This document shows positions 1 through 7,944 of a DNA stretch of 22,285 bases, piece by piece; position 1 is the stretch's first letter; each line of letters opens with the position of its first letter. The notes below the pieces were generated by a model that was given only the letters and a program-made list of their open reading frames with translations, searched no databases and was not told the DNA's origin. Source of the stretch: Candidatus Iainarchaeum sp. (GTDB lineage: Archaea > Iainarchaeota > Iainarchaeia > Iainarchaeales > JAGVWC01); contig JAGVWC010000007.1 of the NCBI GenBank assembly GCA_018304465.1, positions 1-22,285 of the forward strand. Direction: 5' to 3'. A program made the translations under genes and the position numbers.

Positions 1-1407
1 CGTATTAGAATCACTCGGAGAAAGCACCTGCACGTAAGGTGCGTTTTGGTCGTAGTGGTATCCGATGTCGATGGTTTGCGTGTCAAGCTTGTTGTTTAGC
101 TGAGTGGTTCTCAAATTGAAGAAATTGTTGATATCCACTCCGTTGGAATCCTGATCGCCTGTATTCACAAGCAGTGCACCGCCGTTTGAAAGAGAATTGA
201 GCAAAAAGTTTCGGTCTGATGCATCTCCTGTAAATGGTGATGCTCCTAAATAAACAGACTCGGCTCCTTCCGTATATCCGCTTCCGTTGGCATCGTTTCC
301 CCAAAAGGCATTGAAATTGGAGACGATGCTTCCGTTGGCATCGCGATTAACGACCGCAGTCCCGGTGTTAAATGCAAAAATATTGTTTCGAGCATTCGTA
401 ATCTGCCCACAAAGACCATTATAAACCGCGCCACCACCCACAGAATTGGCATTATTATCAAAAAAAGTGTTATTAGAAAGCGTGGAAATAGTCACTCTTC
501 CGGTGCACGAGTTAATGGGAGATCCCTGGAAAGTCCCTGTAGTGTAAATCGCGCCCCCTTGTGAACGAGAATTATTCTTGAATAAATTATTATAAATACT
601 GGCAGTAATCTCTCCACTCGGACCTGCAATTAAATAAATCCCATTCCGAGCACCAGTTGCACTGTTAGAAAAAACATTGTTGTAAATGTTGATTGGCCCA
701 GTGACTTGAACGACTGCATGACTATTATATGTTGAATCACTGTGAAGAAAAGTATTGTTGAACATGTTATAAATCACCCCCCCATTACAATACACCGTAT
801 CACCAATATTATCCTCAAACAAATTATCATACACACTCGTAATCGTTCCATAACAATAAACCCCAGACCCCATACCAGACCCAACATTATTATCATGAAA
901 AACCGAATCATGAACCGAATACATATTCCCAATCCCAAGCGCAGTCTTCGCATACCCAATATTCAAATCAAACAAATCATTAGTATCCACCAACCTCAAC
1001 GAACCACCAGCAAAATTAATTGCCTTAGAATAATCCGCTTTTTGGGGAACACCGTCGCTTTCGGCGACCGAAGCTCCAACCGAATTATCATCGCGGCTTG
1101 TGAAAATGATTTTACTATCCGAAGAACCCTGGGCTTTTAGAATGCCGTTCGTCGTGACATTGATATACGTGGTTCCACCGGTCTTGAATTTGACCACAAC
1201 CCCCGGCTGGATGGTGAGCATGCATCCTTTGACGTCCACATTATTGTCAACATTCAGATAATAGGTGGTTCCCGTAAGCCACACGACATTTGCATCACCG
1301 GGATGACAAACTTTCGCAGTGTACGTCTCCAGTGTGCCAAAACCAAAACCACTTGCCGAGAAAACCCCGACAAGAAACAGAAAAACAATTACCCGCAAAA
1401 GCCACAT
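1..1407 (-). CDS. Secreted right-handed parallel beta-helix (pectin lyase-like) surface protein / putative adhesin; 3' end runs off the window
   Basis: Not in the ORF track because it has no stop inside the window. Hand translation from ATG at 1407 is open for 469 codons to position 1. It shows a hydrophobic signal peptide (MWLLRVIVFLFLVGVFSASGFG), an LTIQPGVVVKF...GILKAQG...IIFTS block, repeated NNxF/FxxN turns, GGAIY and GGGAVY motifs, and DIGYHY. A TATA-like AATATATT lies about 25-30 nt upstream. Confidence 0.85.
   Translation of the reverse strand, partial: MWLLRVIVFLFLVGVFSASGFGFGTLETYTAKVCHPGDANVVWLTGTTYYLNVDNNVDVKGCMLTIQPGVVVKFKTGGTTYINVTTNGILKAQGSSDSKIIFTSRDDNSVGASVAESDGVPQKADYSKAINFAGGSLRLVDTNDLFDLNIGYAKTALGIGNMYSVHDSVFHDNNVGSGMGSGVYCYGTITSVYDNLFEDNIGDTVYCNGGVIYNMFNNTFLHSDSTYNSHAVVQVTGPINIYNNVFSNSATGARNGIYLIAGPSGEITASIYNNLFKNNSRSQGGAIYTTGTFQGSPINSCTGRVTISTLSNNTFFDNNANSVGGGAVYNGLCGQITNARNNIFAFNTGTAVVNRDANGSIVSNFNAFWGNDANGSGYTEGAESVYLGASPFTGDASDRNFLLNSLSNGGALLVNTGDQDSNGVDINNFFNLRTTQLNNKLDTQTIDIGYHYDQNAPYVQVLSPSDSNT
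280..343. repeat. 16-bp direct repeat (GCTTCCGTTGGCATCG at 280-295 and 328-343) inside the beta-helix gene, encoding DANGS twice
   Basis: Exact copies 48 nt (16 codons) apart, read directly from the sequence. Confidence 0.85.
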
Positions 1408-1469
1408 AAAAATAGAGAGGAAATTGGAAAATATATTCTTTTGGGTGTTGAAAAAGCCAAAAAAAGCAT

Positions 1470-2195
1470 TCAGAGAATCATGTGCGCGAGATAAAACTGA
1501 ATCGGAGTTTCCCCAATCGAAAACGACACTTTCATGGGCGCGTCGGTTTTGAGTTCCAAGGTAACGCGTTTTTCATTCTCGGCTTCCTTGATCACGTTTT
1601 GCAAAAACGTCAAATTGAATTTTCCCACGGTTTCCGCCATACTCTTCACGGACACGACACTGGTCTGGCTCGCGACGCTTCGCAAAATCCCCGCGTGTCC
1701 CTTCGACTCCACGGCAAACGAACCGTCCTTGACTTTTAACACGACGGAATTCCCAAACAACGCCGCGTCTTTTAACGCTTCTTTTAACACGCGTGCGTTC
1801 ACCTGAACAATCGCGTCAAACTTCGGCGTCGGAACCGCGGGCTCGTCTTTCATCACGTCAATCAAAGGCAAATGAAACTTTCGCGCCAAATCGCCTTCAA
1901 ACTCAAGAATCAATTCCGAATCCTGCAAATCCATCCGCAGCAAATCATTGGCTTGGCCGCGCTGCAAAATCCGGTTCAATTCCGGAATATCGAGCCCCAC
2001 AAACGCGGGTTCCACCGCGAACTTCTGAAAAAAACCCTTGGCCAGAAAAAAATCCACCAACACGATCTGACTCGGATCCGTTTCCTTGAAAAAAATCCCC
2101 TGGGAATTGAAACGGACATTTCCTTCCGAAACAAACGTGGCAATGGCGCCAATCGCGCGCTGCAAGAGAACAATATTTCTGGTTTCAATCGACAT
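1470..2195 (-). CDS. pcn: DNA polymerase sliding clamp (PCNA), divergent paralog
   Basis: About 241 aa with PCNA motifs TDPSQIVLVDF, VGLD, FHLPLID, LKDA and DAPMKVSF. Aligns over its full length with the PCNA at 19105-19854, but ends FYLAHMIL instead of LAPRI. Start placed at ATG 2195 by alignment; the track start is TTG 2213. Confidence 0.88.
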   Translation of the reverse strand: MSIETRNIVLLQRAIGAIATFVSEGNVRFNSQGIFFKETDPSQIVLVDFFLAKGFFQKFAVEPAFVGLDIPELNRILQRGQANDLLRMDLQDSELILEFEGDLARKFHLPLIDVMKDEPAVPTPKFDAIVQVNARVLKEALKDAALFGNSVVLKVKDGSFAVESKGHAGILRSVASQTSVVSVKSMAETVGKFNLTFLQNVIKEAENEKRVTLELKTDAPMKVSFSIGETPIQFYLAHMIL

Positions 2196-2249
2196 TAAGA
2201 TCCAACAGAACAACTATAGAAAAACAAATTAAAACCAGCCGGTCAAGGT

Positions 2250-2663
2250 TTAAACGCGTATTCCGGAAATTGCCGTTTTTGCCGGGTTTTTTTGGTATTG
2301 CCGCAAGCCTTCTTTTAACAGCACCAACGCCAAAGTCGCGCATTTGATGCGGGTCTGAATGATTCCGCCCAATTCGTCAAACATCTGGTGTGGAGTGATT
2401 TCCAGGACCTCGATAATGGTTTTTCCCTTGACCATTTCCGTCAAAAGCGAAGCCGCCGCGGTAGAAATCGCGCACCCGACGTTTTCAAACGACGCGTCCA
2501 CCACGGTGTTTCCCTCAAGTTTCAAAAAAATCGTGGCTTTGTCCCCGCAAATCGGGTTTCCACCCGACACTTCCAAAGACGGGACATTCAGTTTTCCCCG
2601 GTTCTGCGGATTCTTGTACAATTCCAGAATCACTTCCGAAAACAATTCGTTTGAATCCGTCAT
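2250..2663 (-). CDS. sufU: U-type Fe-S scaffold / sulfur-transfer protein (SufU/IscU family)
   Basis: ILELYKNPQNRG, NPICGD, GCAISTAAAS and RIKCATL supply three conserved Cys plus Asp. ATGA overlap with sufS. Confidence 0.92.
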   Translation of the reverse strand: MTDSNELFSEVILELYKNPQNRGKLNVPSLEVSGGNPICGDKATIFLKLEGNTVVDASFENVGCAISTAAASLLTEMVKGKTIIEVLEITPHQMFDELGGIIQTRIKCATLALVLLKEGLRQYQKNPAKTAISGIRV

Positions 2664-3895
2664 TTTTTCCCGACCTTGAAAATTCTCTGGGTTTTTTCGA
2701 TTCCTTCCACGAGCTTGTCCACTTCGTCAAACGAATTGTAAAAATAAAAACTCGCCCGGCACACCGCGTCAAAACCCAAATCGCGAAGCAATGGCTGCGC
2801 GCAATGATTACCCGAACGAATCGCAATTCCGTCCGAATCCAATACCGTGGCCACGTCATGCGGATGCACGCCATCCACCGTAAACGAAAAAATCGACACT
2901 TTTTTTTCCGGTTTTGGACCCAGAACTTTTACTCCGGGCAATTGCGAAAGCGCTTTATGCGCAGCGCGCCCCAAATTCGAATCGCGTTTCGAAATCTCGT
3001 CAAAACCGATTCCCTGCAAAAATTCCACGGCCGCGCCAAACCCCACCATGCCCGCGATATCCATGGTTCCCGCCTCAAAACGCCACGGAAGCGAATTATA
3101 CGTGGCGCGATCCCAAAAAACCTCAGAAATCATTTCGCCCCCGGTTAAAAACGGCGGCAAAGACGACAAAACATCCTGACGCCCCCACAGCAACCCCACC
3201 CCTGTGGGACCGCACATCTTGTGGCTTGACCACGTCAAAAAATCGCACCCGATTTTCCGAACGTCCACCGGAAAATGCGGAACGGACTGGCAGGCATCCA
3301 CCAGACACAAGCCCCCGTAATCATGTGCAAGACGCGACAATTGCCGCACGTCATTAATAGTACCCAACACATTGGACGCGTGCGACACCGCAACCAAACG
3401 CGTTTTTTTCGAAATCATTTTCTCGGCCGCATCCAAATCCAATTCCATCGAAGACGACAGCGGGATTACTTTTAGTTTCAAATCCAATTCTTCGGCAAGC
3501 ACGATCCACGGCACGAGATTCGCATGATGCTCCATTCCAGAAACCAGTATCTCGTCTCCTTTTTTGAAAAACCCTTTTTTCTTCAAACCAAACGAAACCA
3601 AATTAATCGCCTCGGTCGCGTTTCGCGTCAAGACGATTTCCTGCATCGAATACGCATTCACCAGATCCGCAGCCAATTCATGTCCTTCGTCGAACAGGTT
3701 CGACGCTTCCTCGCTTAACGTATGCTTGGCGCGGTGCACATTGGCATTGTGATTACAATAAAAATCAGCAATTGCGTCGATCACGACCCGGGGCTTTTGA
3801 CTCGTGGCCGCGCTGTCAAGATACACCAACGGCTTTTTGTTCACCTGCCGGCGCAGAATCGGAAACTCTTTTCGGATTTTTTCCCAGTTGACCAT
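2660..3895 (-). CDS. sufS: Cysteine desulfurase, class II (SufS)
   Basis: YLDSAATSQKP, EHHANLVPW, DACQSVPH, PLP-lysine motif SSHKMCGPTGVG, FEAGT, and catalytic-Cys motif VHPHDVATVLD...RSGNHCAQP. Confidence 0.97.
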   Translation of the reverse strand: MVNWEKIRKEFPILRRQVNKKPLVYLDSAATSQKPRVVIDAIADFYCNHNANVHRAKHTLSEEASNLFDEGHELAADLVNAYSMQEIVLTRNATEAINLVSFGLKKKGFFKKGDEILVSGMEHHANLVPWIVLAEELDLKLKVIPLSSSMELDLDAAEKMISKKTRLVAVSHASNVLGTINDVRQLSRLAHDYGGLCLVDACQSVPHFPVDVRKIGCDFLTWSSHKMCGPTGVGLLWGRQDVLSSLPPFLTGGEMISEVFWDRATYNSLPWRFEAGTMDIAGMVGFGAAVEFLQGIGFDEISKRDSNLGRAAHKALSQLPGVKVLGPKPEKKVSIFSFTVDGVHPHDVATVLDSDGIAIRSGNHCAQPLLRDLGFDAVCRASFYFYNSFDEVDKLVEGIEKTQRIFKVGKK

Positions 3896-3899
3896 GCGA

Positions 3900-5036
3900 T
3901 TACTCCAAACGAGCAGCGATTTTTTCTTCCAGCAACCCGAGCACCCGTTCTCGAAGCAGCGGAGACAATTCGTTCGCGACGCTTTCCAAAAAACCGGATA
4001 CGATCATTTTTTCGCATTCCTGACGCGGAATTCCTTTGGACTCCAAGTAAAAAATCGCGTCTTCGTCCACGTGCGCCACGGATGCGGAATGCGTCGCTTT
4101 CACGTCATCCGCCAAAATCTCAAGGCCCGGAATCATGTTCGCGGTCGCGGACTTTGAAAGCAGCATTCCGTGGCATTCCAGCAACGCGTCCGACTGCTGC
4201 GCATTGGGAAAAATCCGGATCATCCCGTCAAACGCCGCGTTAGACGCATCCAGAAAAACCCCTTTGAAAACGCAACGGCTAAAACAATTTCCGACACGAT
4301 GATTATTCGAAAACAACACGTCAAAACCCGCTTTGCCCGAACCAAAACACACGTCACGCTGGGAAACCTTTCCCCCGCTATTGGTCAAGTGGTTGGCCAC
4401 AGAACATTTTAATTCCCGGGCATTTAAAAAACCGTTCGAAGGCGAGAGCGACGCGTCTTTTCCGATAAACGACTGCAATGAAACAAACCCGTCGGCATTC
4501 ACGTCGAACAACCGGACAAACGACGCGTTCGCGTTGTCTTCGAGAACGATGGACTGAAAATAACCGCCTTCAAAATTGCCTTTCAAATGCTCGATCCAGG
4601 CGACGCCCGAAACGCTTTCTTTGACTACGATCAAAACCTTGTACGCGACATCCTTTTTTCCCGAAAAAGTCCACTCAAGCGGAGCGGAAACATCGGTTTT
4701 ATTGTCGATGACCAGAACAAAACCCGCGTTAAAAAACGCGTTCACGAACCATTCGAACTCCGCCTGCGGCGATTCTTTTTCAAGCAACGATTTTACGTCC
4801 AGAGACTTGTCGTTAAAAGCCTGTTCCCAGGACAACACCCGCACGCCTTTTTTTTCCAGTTCAACCGGCGCGCGCGCATCACTTCCTCCCGGAGAAAAAT
4901 CCACCCATTTCTTTTTTGGCGAAAAAAAATACGGTTTTTTCGCAGTGGAAAACGACTCGAACCCGGTTTTGTTCTTTTGCCGGTAACCGGAAAACCACTT
5001 GGGCTCGCCGGTCACGCTCAACGTACTAGACCCCAT
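3900..5036 (-). CDS. sufD: Fe-S cluster assembly protein SufD
   Basis: C-terminal FKGVFLD...FDGMIRIFPNAQQSDA...PGLEILADDVKATHSASV...IFYLESKGI. GGTGA RBS 4 nt before the ATG. Lies between sufB and sufS. Confidence 0.93.
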   Translation of the reverse strand: MGSSTLSVTGEPKWFSGYRQKNKTGFESFSTAKKPYFFSPKKKWVDFSPGGSDARAPVELEKKGVRVLSWEQAFNDKSLDVKSLLEKESPQAEFEWFVNAFFNAGFVLVIDNKTDVSAPLEWTFSGKKDVAYKVLIVVKESVSGVAWIEHLKGNFEGGYFQSIVLEDNANASFVRLFDVNADGFVSLQSFIGKDASLSPSNGFLNARELKCSVANHLTNSGGKVSQRDVCFGSGKAGFDVLFSNNHRVGNCFSRCVFKGVFLDASNAAFDGMIRIFPNAQQSDALLECHGMLLSKSATANMIPGLEILADDVKATHSASVAHVDEDAIFYLESKGIPRQECEKMIVSGFLESVANELSPLLRERVLGLLEEKIAARLE

Positions 5037-5048
5037 TTTTTCACCCAG

Positions 5049-6467
5049 TTACCCGATGGTTCCTTCCATTTCCATTTCAATCAGGCGGTTCAATTCCACG
5101 GCGTACTCCATGGGCAACGATTTGGTGAACGGCTGGATGAAACCCAATACGATCAACGTCAACGCTTCGGTTTCGGTCAATCCTCTGGAGGTCAAATAAA
5201 AAATCTGGTCTTCCCCGATTTTTCCGACTTTGGCTTCGTGCGCGATTGTTGCCGTCGGTTCGTTGATTTCAATCGTCGGATACGTATCGCTTCGCGAATA
5301 ATCATCCAGGAGCAACGCGTCGCACACCACGTTGCTTTTCACGTTTTTCATTCCTTTGGCCACGCGCACCAATCCCCGATACGACGCGCGGCCACCGTCT
5401 TTGGAAATGCTTTTCGAGGTAATGCGGCTCGTGGTGTTCGAGGCCAAATGCACGACTTTTGCGCCGGCGTCCTGATGCTGTCCTTTGGCGGCCAGCGCGA
5501 CGGAAAGAATCTCGGCTTTCGAGCCTTCGCCGAGCAAAAAAACCGCCGGATACTTCATCGTGACCTTCGAACCCAAGTTTCCGTCCACCCATTCCACGGT
5601 CGCGTTTTTGTGCGCCACCGCGCGCTTGGTCACGAGATTGTAAATATTGTTCGACCAGTTCTGAATCGTTGTGTACCGCACATGCGCGCTGTCTTTGGCC
5701 ACGACTTCAACGACCGCCGAATGCAACGCCTGCGACGAATACTTCGGAGCCGTGCAACCCTCGACATAATGAATTTGACTTTCCGGTTCCGCCACGATCA
5801 ACGTGCGCTCGAACTGACCCATGTTTTCCGCGTTAATCCGAAAATACGCCTGCAGGGGAATCTCGACTTTCACGCCTTTTGGAACAAAAACGAACGATCC
5901 GCCGCTCCACACCGCGCTGTTTAACGCCGCGAACTTGTTGTCGGAATACGGAATCGTTTTTCCGAAATGCGCTTTCACGATTTCGGGATACTCCAACAAA
6001 CCCTGGTCCATGGACAAAAACAAGACTCCGAGTTTTTCCAAATCTTTCCGGATGCTGTGATACACGATTTCGGAATCATACTGCGCGCCAACGCCGCCCA
6101 AAAACTTTTTTTCGGCATCCGGAAGCCCGAGCCGGTCAAACGTATTCTTGATGTACTCCGGAACGTCCTCCCATTTTTCGCGGTTGGCTTCGGACGCGCG
6201 CATGTAATACACGATGTCATTAAACTTGATGCCATTCAAATCCGCGCCCCATTGCGGCATGGGCTTTGCTTCAAAGGCTTTGAGCGCCTTGAGGCGATAC
6301 TCGAGCATCCATTGCGGTTCGTTCTTGATCGCGGAAATTTCCTTGACGGTTCTTTCGGAAAGCCCCTTGTTGAGAATGACTTCATAGCTTTCCGTACCCG
6401 TCTTGAAATCGTAACGCGAATAATCCAGGCTCGCAAGCTGGCGTTCCTTGGACAAGTCCTTGGCCAT
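5049..6467 (-). CDS. sufB: Fe-S cluster assembly protein SufB
   Basis: GVGAQYDSE, DNKFAALNSAVWSGGSF, PLQAYFRIN, GQFERTLI, HYVEGCTAP, TIQNWS, NLVTKRA, GSKVTMKYP, CDALL, HEAKVGKI, LPMEYAVELNRLI. Confidence 0.98.
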   Translation of the reverse strand: MAKDLSKERQLASLDYSRYDFKTGTESYEVILNKGLSERTVKEISAIKNEPQWMLEYRLKALKAFEAKPMPQWGADLNGIKFNDIVYYMRASEANREKWEDVPEYIKNTFDRLGLPDAEKKFLGGVGAQYDSEIVYHSIRKDLEKLGVLFLSMDQGLLEYPEIVKAHFGKTIPYSDNKFAALNSAVWSGGSFVFVPKGVKVEIPLQAYFRINAENMGQFERTLIVAEPESQIHYVEGCTAPKYSSQALHSAVVEVVAKDSAHVRYTTIQNWSNNIYNLVTKRAVAHKNATVEWVDGNLGSKVTMKYPAVFLLGEGSKAEILSVALAAKGQHQDAGAKVVHLASNTTSRITSKSISKDGGRASYRGLVRVAKGMKNVKSNVVCDALLLDDYSRSDTYPTIEINEPTATIAHEAKVGKIGEDQIFYLTSRGLTETEALTLIVLGFIQPFTKSLPMEYAVELNRLIEMEMEGTIG

Positions 6468-7234
6468 TATTTTTCAGCTCCACGGCCCATCGCGCTTTTT
6501 TGCAGCACGGTTTTGTAACCGTTTGCTTCCAGTTCGTCCGCCAAAGACATGTCGCCGGACGCGACGATCCGGCCTTCGCTTAACACGTGCACCACGTCGG
6601 GCTTGAGGTAATTCAGGATGCGTTTGTAGTGCGTGATCACGATTGCCGAAAAATCCGGTCCGCGCAGCCGGTTCACGGATTCCGCCACCAGTTTTAAGGA
6701 ATCGATGTCAAGACCCGAATCGGTTTCATCCAAAATCGCAAGCTTTGGCTCGAGCATCATCAACTGCAGGATTTCCGCGCGTTTTTTTTCCCCGCCGGAA
6801 AAACCAACATTAAGCTCGCGCTTGGTGAACTCGGGAGTCATGTGCAGGGCCTCGGCCTTGCTTTTAAGCAATTTTTGAAAATCAAGCACGGAAATTTTTT
6901 TGTTCGGAAAACGCGCCTTGTACGCGGAAAACAAAAACTTGGAAAACCCGAGGCCTTGAACCTCAAACGGATACTGAAAACTCAAAAACAAACCAAGACG
7001 GCTACGCTTGTCCGGCGAAAGTTCCAGCACATCTTTTCCTTCAAACGAAATCGATCCTTTCGTCACCACGAATTTGGGGTGCCCCATGATCACGTTGGAC
7101 AACGTGGATTTTCCGCTTCCATTCGGACCCATGATCGCGTGCACTTCGCCTTTCTTGACGGACAAATCGATTCCGTTGAGTATGTTTTTCCCGTCAATTT
7201 GGGCATGCAGATCTTTCACCGAAAGCAAATCCAT
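6467..7234 (-). CDS. sufC: Fe-S cluster assembly ATPase SufC
   Basis: Walker A GPNGSGKST, Q-loop FQYP, signature FSGGEKKR, Walker B ILDETDSGLDID, ITHYKRIL. GGAGG RBS 7 nt before the ATG. Confidence 0.98.
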   Translation of the reverse strand: MDLLSVKDLHAQIDGKNILNGIDLSVKKGEVHAIMGPNGSGKSTLSNVIMGHPKFVVTKGSISFEGKDVLELSPDKRSRLGLFLSFQYPFEVQGLGFSKFLFSAYKARFPNKKISVLDFQKLLKSKAEALHMTPEFTKRELNVGFSGGEKKRAEILQLMMLEPKLAILDETDSGLDIDSLKLVAESVNRLRGPDFSAIVITHYKRILNYLKPDVVHVLSEGRIVASGDMSLADELEANGYKTVLQKSAMGRGAEK

Positions 7235-7246
7235 TCGTTTTCCTCC

Positions 7247-7585
7247 TTACTGAATCTGCGTCAACTTGTTGCAATGATTTTGGCACGCCAACGCGATATG
7301 CGAATCCATATATTCGAAAATACTTGATTTTCCTTTTTCCATGGAAACGCCTTGTTTAATCACCGGGTTCAAATCGTAAATCCGCTGTTTTCCCTGGGTT
7401 CTCACGGTGACATAATTGCACAGGCGAAGCATCGAAAGCGAATGACTCAAACGCGATTGCTCGGTGGAAAGCGACTTGGCCAAATCGTTTACGGAACGCG
7501 GTTTTTCCGCCAATTCCTTTAGGATTTTCAATCGCAAATCATTGGACAAGGTTTCAAAACACAGATTATATGGCTTTTCCTTCAT
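7247..7585 (-). CDS. ArsR/SmtB-family transcriptional regulator with a Cys-containing C-terminal tail; first gene of the suf operon
   Basis: FETLSNDLRLKIL...RSVNDLAKSL...QSRLSHSLSMLR...V..RTQGKQRIY is the ArsR winged-HTH pattern. C-terminal HIALACQNHC. Start placed at ATG 7585, 26 nt below the TTTAAA box; the track start is 7597. Confidence 0.88.
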   Translation of the reverse strand: MKEKPYNLCFETLSNDLRLKILKELAEKPRSVNDLAKSLSTEQSRLSHSLSMLRLCNYVTVRTQGKQRIYDLNPVIKQGVSMEKGKSSIFEYMDSHIALACQNHCNKLTQIQ

Positions 7586-7602
7586 ATGAAATATCATTCA
7601 TA
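7585..7602. promoter_or_regulatory. Putative ArsR/SmtB operator TATGAA-N6-TTCATA
   Basis: Perfect 6-6-6 inverted repeat. Its core TGAA-N6-TTCA matches the SmtB/CzrA operator core. It lies between the TATA box and the arsR start codon. Confidence 0.7.
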
Positions 7603-7610
7603 CATCTCGA

Positions 7611-7616
7611 TTTAAA
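7611..7616. promoter_or_regulatory. Palindromic archaeal TATA box (TTTAAA), possibly shared by the divergent arsR-suf and sufT transcripts
   Basis: About 26 nt from the arsR ATG (7585) and about 25-30 nt from the sufT ATG (7641). An A-rich BRE-like tract precedes it on the minus strand. Confidence 0.55.
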
Positions 7617-7640
7617 GGTTTTGGTGCGAAAAAATCCTAT

Positions 7641-7943
7641 ATGATCACCACGGAAAAACTCGTCGAAGCCCTAAAACAAGTATTCGACCCCGAAATCCCG
7701 ATTAACGTCTACGACCTGGGACTCATTTACGAACACCGCGTCAACCCCGACGACTCGATTTACATCAAAGCCACGATGACGAGCCCAGCCTGCCCTTACG
7801 CCGGAATACTGCTCGCCGACCTCAAATCCAAAGTGAAACAACTCACCGGGGCCACCCAAGTGGACGTCGAACTCACGTTTTCTCCGCTTTGGACCACGGA
7901 CAAAATGACCGAAGAAGGAAAAGCCCAATTCGAAGTCTTTTGA
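7641..7943 (+). CDS. sufT: SufT / DUF59 (MIP18/FAM96-like) Fe-S maturation factor
   Basis: DUF59 motifs VFDPEIPINVYDLGLIY, MTSPACP and PLWTTDKMTEEGK. Divergent from the suf operon. Confidence 0.93.
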   Translation: MITTEKLVEALKQVFDPEIPINVYDLGLIYEHRVNPDDSIYIKATMTSPACPYAGILLADLKSKVKQLTGATQVDVELTFSPLWTTDKMTEEGKAQFEVF

Positions 7944-7944
7944 A

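Noticed and set aside
280-343. Diversity-generating retroelement TR/VR pair or insertion target-site duplication
   Set aside because: It is only a 16-bp exact in-frame repeat. There are no adenine-specific mismatches and no reverse transcriptase or transposase in the window.
742-1140. 132-aa Ile/Asn/Arg-rich plus-strand ORF and the 774-959 minus-strand ORF
   Set aside because: Both are shadows of the continuous beta-helix frame (1-1407) over its compositionally skewed block. A suspected frameshift near 870 disappeared on careful re-reading.
4587-5924. 445-aa plus-strand ORF, and similar long ORFs such as 16155-17072, 19964-20671 and 13046-13681
   Set aside because: They lie antisense to well-supported genes and have no motifs or start signals. 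They are shadow ORFs produced by codon bias.
2250-7234. Stop-codon reassignment or selenocysteine recoding
   Set aside because: Conserved genes are full length under the standard code. TGA, TAA and TAG all end genes at the expected positions in this window.
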